This document shows, in pieces, positions 13,472 through 23,037 of a stretch of DNA of 64,000 nucleotides. Source of the stretch: Candidatus Eiseniibacteriota bacterium (GTDB taxonomy: Bacteria > Eisenbacteria > RBG-16-71-46 > CAIMUX01 > VGJL01); contig CAWBWI010000001.1 of the NCBI GenBank assembly GCA_963792585.1, positions 352,001 through 416,000 on the forward strand, written 5' to 3'. The number at the start of each line of letters is the position of its first letter. Position 1 is the stretch's first letter. The position numbers and the translations under genes were made by a program. Under the pieces are notes generated by a model. It did no database searches. It had not been told where the DNA came from and saw only the letters and a program-made list of their open reading frames with translations.

Positions 13472-13547
13472 GGGCGGGTAGCTCAGCTGGCAGAGCATCG
13501 GCATCACAAGCCGGGGGTCGCAGGTTCAAGTCCTGTTCCGCCCACCA
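13472..13547 (+). tRNA. tRNA-Val(CAC)
   Basis: GGGCGGG/TCCGCCC acceptor stem plus ACCA; anticodon arm TCGGC-ATCACAA-GCCGG; GGTTCAAGTCC T-arm. Confidence 0.9.
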
Positions 13548-13667
13548 TCCTCTCGAGACGACCGCCCGTATCTACCGGACGTGGTATTGGAATCAGGGGG
13601 CGGCCCGGCAGGGAACGCCCCCTGACTTCTTGATCGGCATTCATATGGGTAGAAGGAAGGTCAATTC

Positions 13668-14387
13668 GTGATCAGTGTCCAAGATCAGAAAGCGCTCCTT
13701 GCGTTGCGGGACCTCGACCGACAGACCGATCGGCTCCGCGAACGCGCCCTCGTGATTCCGCGGGAACTCGACCGGCTCAACAAGGAGCTCTCGGTCCATC
13801 AGGAATTCCTGGATGACGAGGAGCGCAGACTCGCCGATCTCAGGCTCGACCGGAGCCTGGCGGAGCGCGAGATCGAGGAGGCGAAGAAACGCCGGCGCGA
13901 GATCGAGGAAAAGCAATTCCGCATCCGGAACAACCAGGAGTATCAGGCCAACCTCCGCGAAGTCGAAACGATGAGGGAGAAGGCCTCCCAGTCCGACGAG
14001 CGCGCCGTCGAGATCCTGATCCAGGAAGAGGATGTGGCCAAGGAGATCGATCGGCTTCGGTTGATCGTCCAGGAAGAACAGCGCAAGCACGGCGAGGCCA
14101 GTGGCCGGCTGCGCGCGGAACTCGCCGTGGTGCAGGCCGAACTCGACGCGAAGGAAGCGGACCGCAAGGCGGCCGTCGCGAGCCTGTCGCCCCCGCTGCG
14201 AAGCCGTTACGAGCGGATTCACAAGAGCAAGGGAGACCTTGCGATCGTCGGAGTCGAAGAGGGAAGTTGCGGGGGGTGCGGCGCCGGGCTGCCGCCGCAG
14301 CGCCTGCAAGAGGTTCGACGCTCCCGCGAGATCATACTCTGTGAGGGATGCGGTCGAATCCTCGTGGTCGGACCCGACGAGATCTGA
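13668..14387 (+). CDS. Coiled-coil protein with C4-type zinc ribbon (DUF164/CT398-like)
   Basis: Long coiled coil, then YERI..CGGC..CEGCGRIL; typical position beside rnpB. Confidence 0.88.
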   Translation: MISVQDQKALLALRDLDRQTDRLRERALVIPRELDRLNKELSVHQEFLDDEERRLADLRLDRSLAEREIEEAKKRRREIEEKQFRIRNNQEYQANLREVETMREKASQSDERAVEILIQEEDVAKEIDRLRLIVQEEQRKHGEASGRLRAELAVVQAELDAKEADRKAAVASLSPPLRSRYERIHKSKGDLAIVGVEEGSCGGCGAGLPPQRLQEVRRSREIILCEGCGRILVVGPDEI

Positions 14388-14398
14388 AACGATGTTGA

Positions 14399-14816
14399 GG
14401 GGAGTCGGTGTGTTGGTCGCGGGAGATCCTTTACCGGAGATCCCGAGGAAAGTCCGAACTCCGTAGGGCAGGGTGCTGGGTAACCCCCAGTGGGAGCGAT
14501 CCCAAGGAAAGCGCCACAGAAAGCAAACCGCCTCATTCCGCATGACGCGGGGGAAGACCGGCCCGGAAGGTGCAAGGTGCTCCTGTGTCGGAGCGGGGTA
14601 AGGGTGAAACGGTGAGGTAAGAGCTCACCAGTGCCCGCGGTGACGCGGGCAGCTCGGCAAGCCCCACCCGGAGCAAGACCAAATAGAGGAGGAGAGATGG
14701 CCCGTCTCGCGAAAACTCCCGGGTTCGGTCGCTCGAGTCGGACGGAAACGTCCGTCCCAGACAAATGACCAAAGCGGTGCGAGCCGCAACAGAACTCGGC
14801 TTACGGCCGGCTCCCC
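14399..14816 (+). ncRNA. rnpB: RNase P RNA, bacterial type A
   Basis: GAGGAAAGTCC, GGAAAGCGCCACAGAAA, AGGGTGAAACGGTGAGGTAAGAGCTCACC, GGAGCAAGACCAAATAG and ACAGAACTCGGCTTAC; ends pair (GGGGAGTCGG/CCGGCTCCCC). Confidence 0.96.
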
Positions 14817-17149
14817 CTTCTTCAACTCCCATCGGTCCGCGCGGGCGGATCGTCCCGATCCTGATCGTCCTCCTCGGTCTGGGAATCGGGGGGCTGCGCC
14901 TCGCGGCGCCCCCCTCCGGCCTCTACCCCGTGGAGGGGGACAGCGCGAAGTACCACTCGATCGCCCAAGGGTTCGCCCGTCTCTACACACACCCGGTCGA
15001 GGGGCTCCGCCTCTGGTTCTCGCATGCGGCGACCGCCGAGGATCTGCACCGTTACGGCTTCGATTCCTGGGTGCTGCAGCATGCTCCGGCCTACACCGCC
15101 TCCCTGGGCATCGGGTACATCGTCGGCGGCGACCTTGCGGCGACGGGACGATTCCTGACCATGCTCCTCTTCGTCGCGGGGGCGTTGCTTCTCTATCTGC
15201 TCACCAGAGATCTCTTCGGGGCCTGGCCCGCGCTCGCCGCGGCGCTCCTCTATCTCTTCTGGCCGGCGAACTGGATGTACGGCGCGGCGATCTTGACCGA
15301 GGTCCCCGTCGCTGCGGCGGCCCTCGCCGCGTCCCTCGTCATGCACCGAACCGGCCATTCGACCCGTCGGCGATCCTGGATCCTCGGCGGACTCGCCATC
15401 GGGGTTTTGATCCTCACGAAGACGACCCTGCGCTTCCTTGCAGTGCCGTGGATTCTGCTGGAAGCGCTCATCGATCGCGCGCCGGGCCGCAGCCGGGTTC
15501 TTCATCGCGGAGCCTGGCGGCTGGTCGGCTGGGGGGCAACGCAGGCCGTCTGGTTGATCTTCCTCTGGGGATTCCACCTGTCACCGAATCCGCTCGCGCA
15601 GACCGGGGACGATTGGCTCTGGATCTACCGGGGCAACTACGTGCCCGACCGCGGATGGGAGACGGTCGGCATTGGCGATGCGTACACGCCCGAGCTCGTG
15701 GAAGGTTTCCGGCAGGCGCAGGGCCTTCCCGAGAACGAGGCGAAGGCGATGGGCTATCGGACGGCCTTCTGGACGACGATGCGCGAGGATCCGGGCGGGA
15801 TGCTGGCGTTGATGCTCGCGAAGGTGGGGATTTTCTGGCGATTCCCGGCGGTGAAGACCTTCGTCGACGCGGGCGGAATCGGTCTTCCGCCTCCCGCCCG
15901 AATCCAACCGGCCCTCGCCGTCGCGGCACTGCTCGGATTCGCCCTCTGTGTCGGAGCGGGGGCGCGGAGGTGTCTGCCGGCGATCTTCCCGCTGTTCCTG
16001 ACGGCGCTCCACGCGGCGACCCATCTGGTGAGCCGCTACAACGCGCCCGCGATTCCGTTCGCCATGCTCTATGCGGCGGGGGCAGCCTCGATCCTCTACG
16101 TCTTCTTGCGGACCCTGCTCCGCGCGCGGGGTCGGGAAGGGGGGATGCGTGTGGCGTTGGCGCGCGGAATTCCGATTCGAAGCCGTCTCCCATGGATCCG
16201 CGCGGCGGTCTTCGCGATTCCCCTTCTCATCCTCGCCGCCGGCGCATGGGCGAACGATCCCGACCCCGACCAGTCGCGCATCCGTCTCTCCCGTCCGGGG
16301 GACCGGGCGCGCCTCGTCCTCGACCTGCCCGAGAACGTCGGGCCCGAACCCTTCGTGTCCGGCGAGGTAATGCTCGATCTGCTTCCATCGCCTCGGGGGG
16401 CCGTCACCGTCTCGATCCGGATGAATGGGGAGGAGGTGGCGCGTTGGGAAGGCCGGCCGCCGAGCGATCCCGACGCATTCCTTCTCGAACGCGAGATCAA
16501 TCGACAGGACGACCGATATCGCCGCGTGTTGCGGTCCGTAGAGCGCAACTTGAACGAGTGTGTCCGCCGCCAGCGCGGGATGCAGGGGGCCGGGTACGAC
16601 ACCTACCGCCAGTGGTATCGAATTCCGGTCGACCCGGCCAAGGCCTTTGCGGGCCGCCAGGTGACGCTCGAGGTCATGCTCGTTCAATGCCAGGGCGGGT
16701 GGATCGATCTCTTCTGCGATCGGAACGCGCGGGCCGGGACGTCGGACAGCCGCGAACCCGGCCATGGAGAATTGCCGGCCCGAGTGATCGAGATGCCGGC
16801 CTTCTTCGACAATTCCTACGAGATCTCGAGCTACCGGTTCGAGGCTCTCAGTTCCGACCGAATGCTCGCCGACGCGCGGCTGGTTCGGCCCGTGAAGGTC
16901 TCGTCGAGCCGTCGGAGCGCAGAGCGGATCGACGCCGGTGGGGGCGCGCGGGCGCTGAAGGGCGAACCGCGGATGCGCCTGCGCGGCAAGCTCGCCGGGG
17001 GGTACGCTCTGGTTCGGGCCGCCGATGGGAAAGCCGACCCGGCATGGGTGAGCGATCCCGCCCAAGCCTTGCGACGGCTGACCCCGGACGAGATCCGTGT
17101 CCTCCAGGCCGATCGCGACCGCTATTTCAGCGGCTTCATCACCTTCTGA
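14765..17149 (+). CDS. GT-C (family 39/PMT_2/ArnT-like) glycosyltransferase-like membrane protein with large C-terminal soluble domain
   Basis: Many TM segments; EGDSAKYHSIA, HAPAY, AILTE, SRYNAP motifs; start uncertain because the ATG lies inside rnpB. Confidence 0.7.
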   Translation: MTKAVRAATELGLRPAPPSSTPIGPRGRIVPILIVLLGLGIGGLRLAAPPSGLYPVEGDSAKYHSIAQGFARLYTHPVEGLRLWFSHAATAEDLHRYGFDSWVLQHAPAYTASLGIGYIVGGDLAATGRFLTMLLFVAGALLLYLLTRDLFGAWPALAAALLYLFWPANWMYGAAILTEVPVAAAALAASLVMHRTGHSTRRRSWILGGLAIGVLILTKTTLRFLAVPWILLEALIDRAPGRSRVLHRGAWRLVGWGATQAVWLIFLWGFHLSPNPLAQTGDDWLWIYRGNYVPDRGWETVGIGDAYTPELVEGFRQAQGLPENEAKAMGYRTAFWTTMREDPGGMLALMLAKVGIFWRFPAVKTFVDAGGIGLPPPARIQPALAVAALLGFALCVGAGARRCLPAIFPLFLTALHAATHLVSRYNAPAIPFAMLYAAGAASILYVFLRTLLRARGREGGMRVALARGIPIRSRLPWIRAAVFAIPLLILAAGAWANDPDPDQSRIRLSRPGDRARLVLDLPENVGPEPFVSGEVMLDLLPSPRGAVTVSIRMNGEEVARWEGRPPSDPDAFLLEREINRQDDRYRRVLRSVERNLNECVRRQRGMQGAGYDTYRQWYRIPVDPAKAFAGRQVTLEVMLVQCQGGWIDLFCDRNARAGTSDSREPGHGELPARVIEMPAFFDNSYEISSYRFEALSSDRMLADARLVRPVKVSSSRRSAERIDAGGGARALKGEPRMRLRGKLAGGYALVRAADGKADPAWVSDPAQALRRLTPDEIRVLQADRDRYFSGFITF

Positions 17150-17178
17150 ACGGCGTGGCCGTCCCTTAGAATGAGGTT

Positions 17179-19989
17179 GTGATCCACGCGCTCCGCATCG
17201 GCCTTCGTAGGGCCTGCGTGCCGGTCGCGCTGCTCCTTCTGGGGGCCGCGGGACCTGTCCACGCGCAGTTCCTCACCTTCGGGAAGAACAAGGTTCAGTA
17301 CTACCACTTCGACTGGCACGTCCTCGAGAGCCCCCATTTCCGGCTCTATTTCTATCCGGAGGAGGAGCCGCTCGCCCGCATCGCTCTCGAGATGGGGGAG
17401 GAGGGATATGACCGTCTCCGGCGTCTATTCGCCGTCGAGGTCGGCCAGCCTGTGCCCCTGATCATCTATTCGAGCCACCAGGACTTCGAGCAGACGAACG
17501 TCACCTCCTCGATGCTGCCGGAGGGGGTGGCCGGCTTCACCGAGTTCGGGCGCGGCCGCGTCCTGATCCCGTTCAGCGGTTCGCTCGATGAGTTCCGCAC
17601 CACGATTCATCACGAGCTGGTCCACGTCTTTCAGCTCGAACTCGAAGCGAGGATCTTCACCAAGCGGGCGCGGACGAATATGCCCGCAATCCCCCTCTGG
17701 TTCGTCGAAGGGCTTGCCGTGCACGCTTCCGAGGGACGGGACACCGAGGCCGACATGGTCGTGCGGGACATGGTTCTCGCCGGTCGCCTTCCCGCGATTC
17801 GAGATTTCTGGCGCTACGATGGAACCTTCACCCTCTACAAGCTCGGGCAGTCCGTTCTGGATTTCATAGGCGAGACCTACGGAGAAGACCGTATCCGCGC
17901 GATCTACGAAGGGCTCGCGATCTATCCCAGCTTCGAGGATGCGTTGCGGGAGGCGCTGGGAACGACGCCGGACGATCTGTCGGACCGCTGGGCATTCGAG
18001 ATGCGGCGTCGCTATTTCCCCGACGTGACCGGCGCGGAGCCGATCATGTTCCAGAGCCGACGCCTGACGCGCGGGCCCGTCGACCTGGGCGCCGTCCCGA
18101 TTCCTGCGGGAATCGCGGGCTACGAAGATCGATTCCTCTTCCTATCGCCTCGCACCGGATACACGGACATCTACTGCGCTTCGTTGTCGGGGCTCGAGAA
18201 GGGGGTGGAGACGCTGGTCCACGGGGAGCGGCAGGCGCGGTTCGAGTCGCTCCACCCATTCCGGGCGAGGATGGACGTCAACGGGGCGGGCGAACTGCTC
18301 TTCGTGTCGCAGCGCGGGGGCGAGGACGTCATGTACATCTACTCGCTGAAGGAACGGCGGGTGGTGGAGGACTACGCCTTCGACGATCTCGCGGGGTTGC
18401 GGGGGCCGAGCTGGGCCTCCGACGGCAGGCGATTCGTCTTCTCCGGGCTCTCGCGCGGGGGGCAATCGGATCTCTACATCTACGACCGGGACTCGAGTCT
18501 GCTCGACCGACTGACCAACGATCGGTATGAGGACACCGATCCGAGCTGGGAGCCCGGGCGGGAGCGCGTGGTTTTCGTTTCCGATCGTGGTCCGGGCGAT
18601 GGGAAGGGAAAGAACCTCTTCCTGTGCGATCTCGGCGATCGCTCGGTGCGCTACATGACCCGTGGGACATGGCGGGACTCCAGTCCGTCATGGACTCCCG
18701 ACGGGGCCCATGTCGTCTTCTCTTCGGACCGGGACGGGATCTTCGGAATCTACCGGGTGGATGTGCATGGTCGAGGCGGCCGGATCCTCGGGGGCATCGA
18801 AGGGCTGCTCGCCCCCCGTGTGACCCCCGATGGGCGGCGCGTCCTCTTCTCGAGCTTTGAGGGAGGGCAATTCCGGGTGCACATTGCCGGACTTCCCGCG
18901 CCGGTGGACTCGATGCCGGTCCTGGCATCGCTGCGGCCCGAGGATCGCCCGCCCTGGCGATGGAGCTCCCCGGTCGGCGACATTCCTGCGCGCCGCGAGC
19001 GTTACCGTTCGAGGCTCGGCCTCGAGATCGCGCAGGGCGGCGTCGCGCTCGATCCGAACTTCCGAGGGGGCGAGGGGGTGCAGGCGCTGCTGGCCGACCT
19101 GATGGGCAACCACCTGCTCTTCCTCCAGCTGGGCAATGCGACCTTCAGCGGCTCGAACTTCATCCGCAACTTCTCGGCGGGCGCGAGTTACGTGAACCTG
19201 GCGCACCGGGTGAACTACGGCGTGTCGGTCTTTCACTTCGTCGGCGATTACCTTGACGAGTTCGGACTTCCGTACAGGGACCGGCGCCTCGGCGGGTCGG
19301 CGATCGTGAGCTACCCGTTCTCGAAGTTCCAGCGAGTCGAGTTGGTGAATGGGCTCGCCTATGCGGAAACCGATCGGATCGCCACCGGATTCCACCGCAA
19401 CGGCACGGTGGCGCAACACAGCATCGCCTGGATTCGCGACACCTCTCTGTGGCTCTCGACCGGACCGATCGACGGCTATCGAATGAATCTGACCTTGGGG
19501 ACGACGATGGATGTCGGCAAGGGGCGCAACGAAAGCTCCTTGGGTCTGGCCGACTACCGGCGTTACGTCCGACTCTCGACCTACAGCGCCTATGCCGTGC
19601 GGGCCCAAGGGCTCTACAGCGATGGGCCGAATCCGCGGACCTTCTTCATCGGCGGCTCCTTGAACCTCCGCGGCTATCCCCGGGACCGCCTGCAGGGAAC
19701 GCGCAGCGTCCAGCTCAATCAGGAACTTCGTTTCCCGCTCGTCCAGCGCTGGATGTTTCAGCTCCCGATCGGGGCGCTCGAGTTTCCCTCGATCCAGGGG
19801 GCGGTCTTCGCCGATGCGGGCTCGGCATGGAGTCGGGGCTCGCCCGATTGGGTCGGCAGCTTCGGGACCGGGCTGAGGATGGGTCTCGGCGGCTTCCTCG
19901 TGCTGCGCCTCGACGCATCGCGCCGGACCGACTTCCGCAGCGTGGGAAAGCGAACCCACTGGGACTTCTTCATCGGGTGGAATTACTGA
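17179..19989 (+). CDS. Omp85/BamA-TamA family outer-membrane protein with N-terminal peptidase MA-like and PD40/TolB-like domains
   Basis: Signal peptide; FGKNKVQY; HHELVH..PLWFVEGLA; PSW..DG..FVFS repeats; LRGY, QELRFPL, GAVFADAG and C-terminal FFIGWNY. Confidence 0.85.
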   Translation: MIHALRIGLRRACVPVALLLLGAAGPVHAQFLTFGKNKVQYYHFDWHVLESPHFRLYFYPEEEPLARIALEMGEEGYDRLRRLFAVEVGQPVPLIIYSSHQDFEQTNVTSSMLPEGVAGFTEFGRGRVLIPFSGSLDEFRTTIHHELVHVFQLELEARIFTKRARTNMPAIPLWFVEGLAVHASEGRDTEADMVVRDMVLAGRLPAIRDFWRYDGTFTLYKLGQSVLDFIGETYGEDRIRAIYEGLAIYPSFEDALREALGTTPDDLSDRWAFEMRRRYFPDVTGAEPIMFQSRRLTRGPVDLGAVPIPAGIAGYEDRFLFLSPRTGYTDIYCASLSGLEKGVETLVHGERQARFESLHPFRARMDVNGAGELLFVSQRGGEDVMYIYSLKERRVVEDYAFDDLAGLRGPSWASDGRRFVFSGLSRGGQSDLYIYDRDSSLLDRLTNDRYEDTDPSWEPGRERVVFVSDRGPGDGKGKNLFLCDLGDRSVRYMTRGTWRDSSPSWTPDGAHVVFSSDRDGIFGIYRVDVHGRGGRILGGIEGLLAPRVTPDGRRVLFSSFEGGQFRVHIAGLPAPVDSMPVLASLRPEDRPPWRWSSPVGDIPARRERYRSRLGLEIAQGGVALDPNFRGGEGVQALLADLMGNHLLFLQLGNATFSGSNFIRNFSAGASYVNLAHRVNYGVSVFHFVGDYLDEFGLPYRDRRLGGSAIVSYPFSKFQRVELVNGLAYAETDRIATGFHRNGTVAQHSIAWIRDTSLWLSTGPIDGYRMNLTLGTTMDVGKGRNESSLGLADYRRYVRLSTYSAYAVRAQGLYSDGPNPRTFFIGGSLNLRGYPRDRLQGTRSVQLNQELRFPLVQRWMFQLPIGALEFPSIQGAVFADAGSAWSRGSPDWVGSFGTGLRMGLGGFLVLRLDASRRTDFRSVGKRTHWDFFIGWNY

Positions 19990-21023
19990 TGCGTCTGATT
20001 CTCCTCGCCCTCGCGCTCGCGTCGATCCCGGCGGCCGTGCCGGCGGCCGACACCCCGCGTGTGCTGTGGGAAACGCGGCCCGTGCGCGCGCCCGCCGTCG
20101 CTCCGGCGCTTTCGGGCGACACGCTGTGGGTGGCGGGATCGGAACGGCGCCTCGTGAGCATGGACGCCCGCACGGGGAAGAAACACTGGAGGCGCACGCT
20201 TCCGGCTTCGGCGAGCGTCAGTCCGGTGGCGGCGAGCGACCGCCTCCTCGTCGGGGTGGGGGAACTCCAACCGACCCTGGTGGCCATCGATCGCCACCGC
20301 GGTCGCACTCTCTGGAGCAGGCGGCTCGCCGCGGTGCCGGTGGCGGTCCTTGTCCGTGACAGCCTCTCGATCGTCGTCGGCGTTGACGGCAAGGTCGAGG
20401 CGTTCCGTCTCGAAGACGGCGCGCCCCGCTGGACGCAGGAGACCGGGCATCGGCTCGCCGGGGCCGCAGTTAGTGGGAGTTCCATTTGTGTGATCGCGCG
20501 CGCCGATTCCATCTGGCTGCTCGAGGCGGACTCGGGACGACGGCGCGCGGCGCGGCGCATTTCGGGAATACGGAGCGCCCCGCCCACTTCGACGGGGGAT
20601 CGGTTCTTCTGCCCGCGCTACGACGGCGTCCTTCTCGCGTTCGACGCCGGGACGGGTGAGGTGACCGACTCCATCTCGGCCCCCGCCCCCCAGATCGCGC
20701 GCGTTTCGGTCCATGGGGATCGAGTCGTCGCGGTAGCGACGGGCGGCGAGGTTGTCTGCTATCGAATTCCCGGACTCATCGAGGAATGGAGTCGCGCGAC
20801 CGGCGAGACCGTTTCGACCGGCGCGCTCGCATGGAACGAAGGCTGGGTCGTTCTCACCGAAAAGGGCCGAGTGCTGGGCCTGACGGGGGATCGCGGACAG
20901 ATCGCGTGGAGCCTGCAGTTCTCCAGTCCCATAACGACGCCGGCCGTCTGCAGCGACCGGCTCCTAGCCATCATCGACAATCGTGGGAGGGTCGTGGTGC
21001 ACGCCATCGACGGAACGCCGTGA
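19989..21023 (+). CDS. PQQ-like beta-propeller protein (BamB-like)
   Basis: ATG overlaps the upstream stop (TGATG); signal peptide; repeats such as DARTGKKHW, DGAPRW, DAGTGEV. Confidence 0.75.
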   Translation: MRLILLALALASIPAAVPAADTPRVLWETRPVRAPAVAPALSGDTLWVAGSERRLVSMDARTGKKHWRRTLPASASVSPVAASDRLLVGVGELQPTLVAIDRHRGRTLWSRRLAAVPVAVLVRDSLSIVVGVDGKVEAFRLEDGAPRWTQETGHRLAGAAVSGSSICVIARADSIWLLEADSGRRRAARRISGIRSAPPTSTGDRFFCPRYDGVLLAFDAGTGEVTDSISAPAPQIARVSVHGDRVVAVATGGEVVCYRIPGLIEEWSRATGETVSTGALAWNEGWVVLTEKGRVLGLTGDRGQIAWSLQFSSPITTPAVCSDRLLAIIDNRGRVVVHAIDGTP

Positions 21024-21805
21024 GAACGCGGGCGGTCGTGACGGTTCTACTCGCCCTCGCGTGCGCCGCGCCGGCGCGGGCAGCCCTTGTTCGGATCGTG
21101 TCGGAACCGGCGGGTCTGGACGCGTGGGCGGAGGAGCGATACCTTGGTCGAACGCCGACGGAAGTCCTCATCTCCTCCGGACGGGTCAAGCTGCGCTTGG
21201 CAGTCCCCTCCGAGTCGATTTTCGTCGCGCCGATCGCGGACACGACGGTGACCCTCTCCGAGGCGGAGACCCTTACGGTTCGGATCCTGACCGCGAAGAT
21301 CGTGACGGTGCGGAGCCGGCCGTTCGACTTGCCCTTGCTCCGCGACGGCATGCAGATCGGGCGGACCCCCCTCGACTTTCCCCTCGATCCGCGGCGATCC
21401 GGACGGATCGATCTACTCACCCCCTCGGGTCGGGTCGCGGTTCCCACCGACTCTCTGCTCGCGAAGGGGAGCTGGACCTGGATGGGGGGAGCGGGCGTTG
21501 CGGAGCCTGCTGCGGACGGGCCGCGATCGACCCTGCGGAGACTCGGACGGTATGTCGCGCCCGGCCTCGCCATCGGCCTCGCCGCGTCGGGCACCCTGGT
21601 CAAGGACGCGGCGGATCGATCCTACGATCGGTATCGCAGAAGTGCCGACCCGACGAAGATCCGCCGGCTTTTCGATGAGTCGCGGCGGCGCGACACCATC
21701 GCCACGGCCCTCTGGATGGGTGCGGAAGCCTGCATCATCACCTCCGTCATCGCGTGGATCCTGCCGGATCGCGCGCCCGGTCCACCCGCAGAGGAGCGGC
21801 CGTGA
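21020..21805 (+). CDS. PEGA domain protein
   Basis: GTGA overlap; IVSEPAG..YLGRTP and SRPF..DGMQIGRTP PEGA motifs; C-terminal hydrophobic helices. Confidence 0.7.
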   Translation: MRTRAVVTVLLALACAAPARAALVRIVSEPAGLDAWAEERYLGRTPTEVLISSGRVKLRLAVPSESIFVAPIADTTVTLSEAETLTVRILTAKIVTVRSRPFDLPLLRDGMQIGRTPLDFPLDPRRSGRIDLLTPSGRVAVPTDSLLAKGSWTWMGGAGVAEPAADGPRSTLRRLGRYVAPGLAIGLAASGTLVKDAADRSYDRYRRSADPTKIRRLFDESRRRDTIATALWMGAEACIITSVIAWILPDRAPGPPAEERP

Positions 21806-23037
21806 CCCGGAAGATCCTCACCGGCGCTCTGCTCTTCACGGCCTTGCTCCTGGGATGCGAGGGGCGCGATCACACGAATCCATTCGATCCGTCGAACCCG
21901 GACACGGGGGGAGTGCCGCCGCTGCTCGACGCGCGTGCTCAAAACGGATCGGTCTCCCTCGCATGGGACATCGGTCGCCTGGAAGGCATCCGCCTGCTGC
22001 GGGTCTACCGTCGTGAGGGCGGCCTCGAGCCGGTTCTGCTCACGCCGGACGGCCTCGGCCCCGAACAACGGGCGGTCGCCGACGGGCACGTGGTCAACGG
22101 GGCCTCCTACGCCTATCGGCTGGAACTCGAACTCGACTCGGGGGCGCGGCCCTCGAGCGACTGGGATGAAGCGACCCCCGGGACCGCGGTCGCCTGGTTC
22201 GCAGACAGCGACGGTGGAGGGCTCGGCCGGCTGAGCGCCGACGGCCGGGATCTGATCGGACGGGTTCGCGAAGGTCTCTGGTACCTCGATATCGTCCCCG
22301 ACTCGGCCGAAGGCGGTTTCTGGGCGGCGGAATACCTCGAAGGCTCGCTCGAGCTCTACCGCCGGGATGGTACCCGGCTGGTGCATCACGCCGTACCGGG
22401 AGCACGGGCGCTCGCCCTCGAACCGGGCGGAGCAAACGTCTGGGTCGGCTCCTTCTCGACGGGGATCCTCGAGCGCCGCACCCGCGCCGGGGATCTCGCC
22501 TGGTCCGATCCGGAAGCGGGACCGATCGACGCCCTCACCTCGCCCCGAGCGGGTGAGGTGTGGGCCGCCTGCGCGACCGGTGAGGTGCGGTTCTACCGCG
22601 ACGATGAACGGCTCTTCACGATCGCCGACTTCGTGCGCCCCGTCGCCTTCGCATCATCGGGAGGCAATCGGCTCTTCGTGCTCGACCACGACGCGCGCGA
22701 TGTCCGCGTGTTCGACCACGCTGGGTTTCCCCTCGGAGGAACCGGCGCGATCTTCGCGAGTCCGACCGACATCGATGGCGATGGCTCGGGCGGGATCTGG
22801 GTCGCCGATGCGGGACGCGGAGGACTCGTCCACCTCGACGGCCAGCTGCGAGAAATCGGAGTGCTGCCCGCAGCCGGCGTGCTCGGCGTGACGTGGGACC
22901 CCCAGGAGCGACTTCTCTGGACCGTGGGAGACGGTCACGTGCGGAGATTCGATCCGGATGGAACCCTGGTCAGCGATCTGTCGGTGGGCGTGCGACCGGT
23001 GAAGCTGGCCCTGTTCCACGAAGCGGATCCGCAGTGA
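21802..23037 (+). CDS. Lipoprotein with FN3-like region and NHL-like beta-propeller
   Basis: GTGA overlap; lipobox LLGC then NPFDP; PVAFA..LFVLD and PTDI..GGIWVAD repeats. Confidence 0.65.
   Translation: MTRKILTGALLFTALLLGCEGRDHTNPFDPSNPDTGGVPPLLDARAQNGSVSLAWDIGRLEGIRLLRVYRREGGLEPVLLTPDGLGPEQRAVADGHVVNGASYAYRLELELDSGARPSSDWDEATPGTAVAWFADSDGGGLGRLSADGRDLIGRVREGLWYLDIVPDSAEGGFWAAEYLEGSLELYRRDGTRLVHHAVPGARALALEPGGANVWVGSFSTGILERRTRAGDLAWSDPEAGPIDALTSPRAGEVWAACATGEVRFYRDDERLFTIADFVRPVAFASSGGNRLFVLDHDARDVRVFDHAGFPLGGTGAIFASPTDIDGDGSGGIWVADAGRGGLVHLDGQLREIGVLPAAGVLGVTWDPQERLLWTVGDGHVRRFDPDGTLVSDLSVGVRPVKLALFHEADPQ

Noticed and set aside
13472..13547. Possible TCA (Sec/opal suppressor) anticodon
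   Set aside because: Stem pairing only works with CAC centred, and there is no long variable arm.
13371..13667. tRNA-anchored genomic island
   Set aside because: No integrase, no duplicated tRNA 3' end seen, and the flanking genes are housekeeping.
13641..14832. Minus-strand ORFs over rnpB
   Set aside because: They are antisense translations of RNase P RNA and the Zn-ribbon gene.
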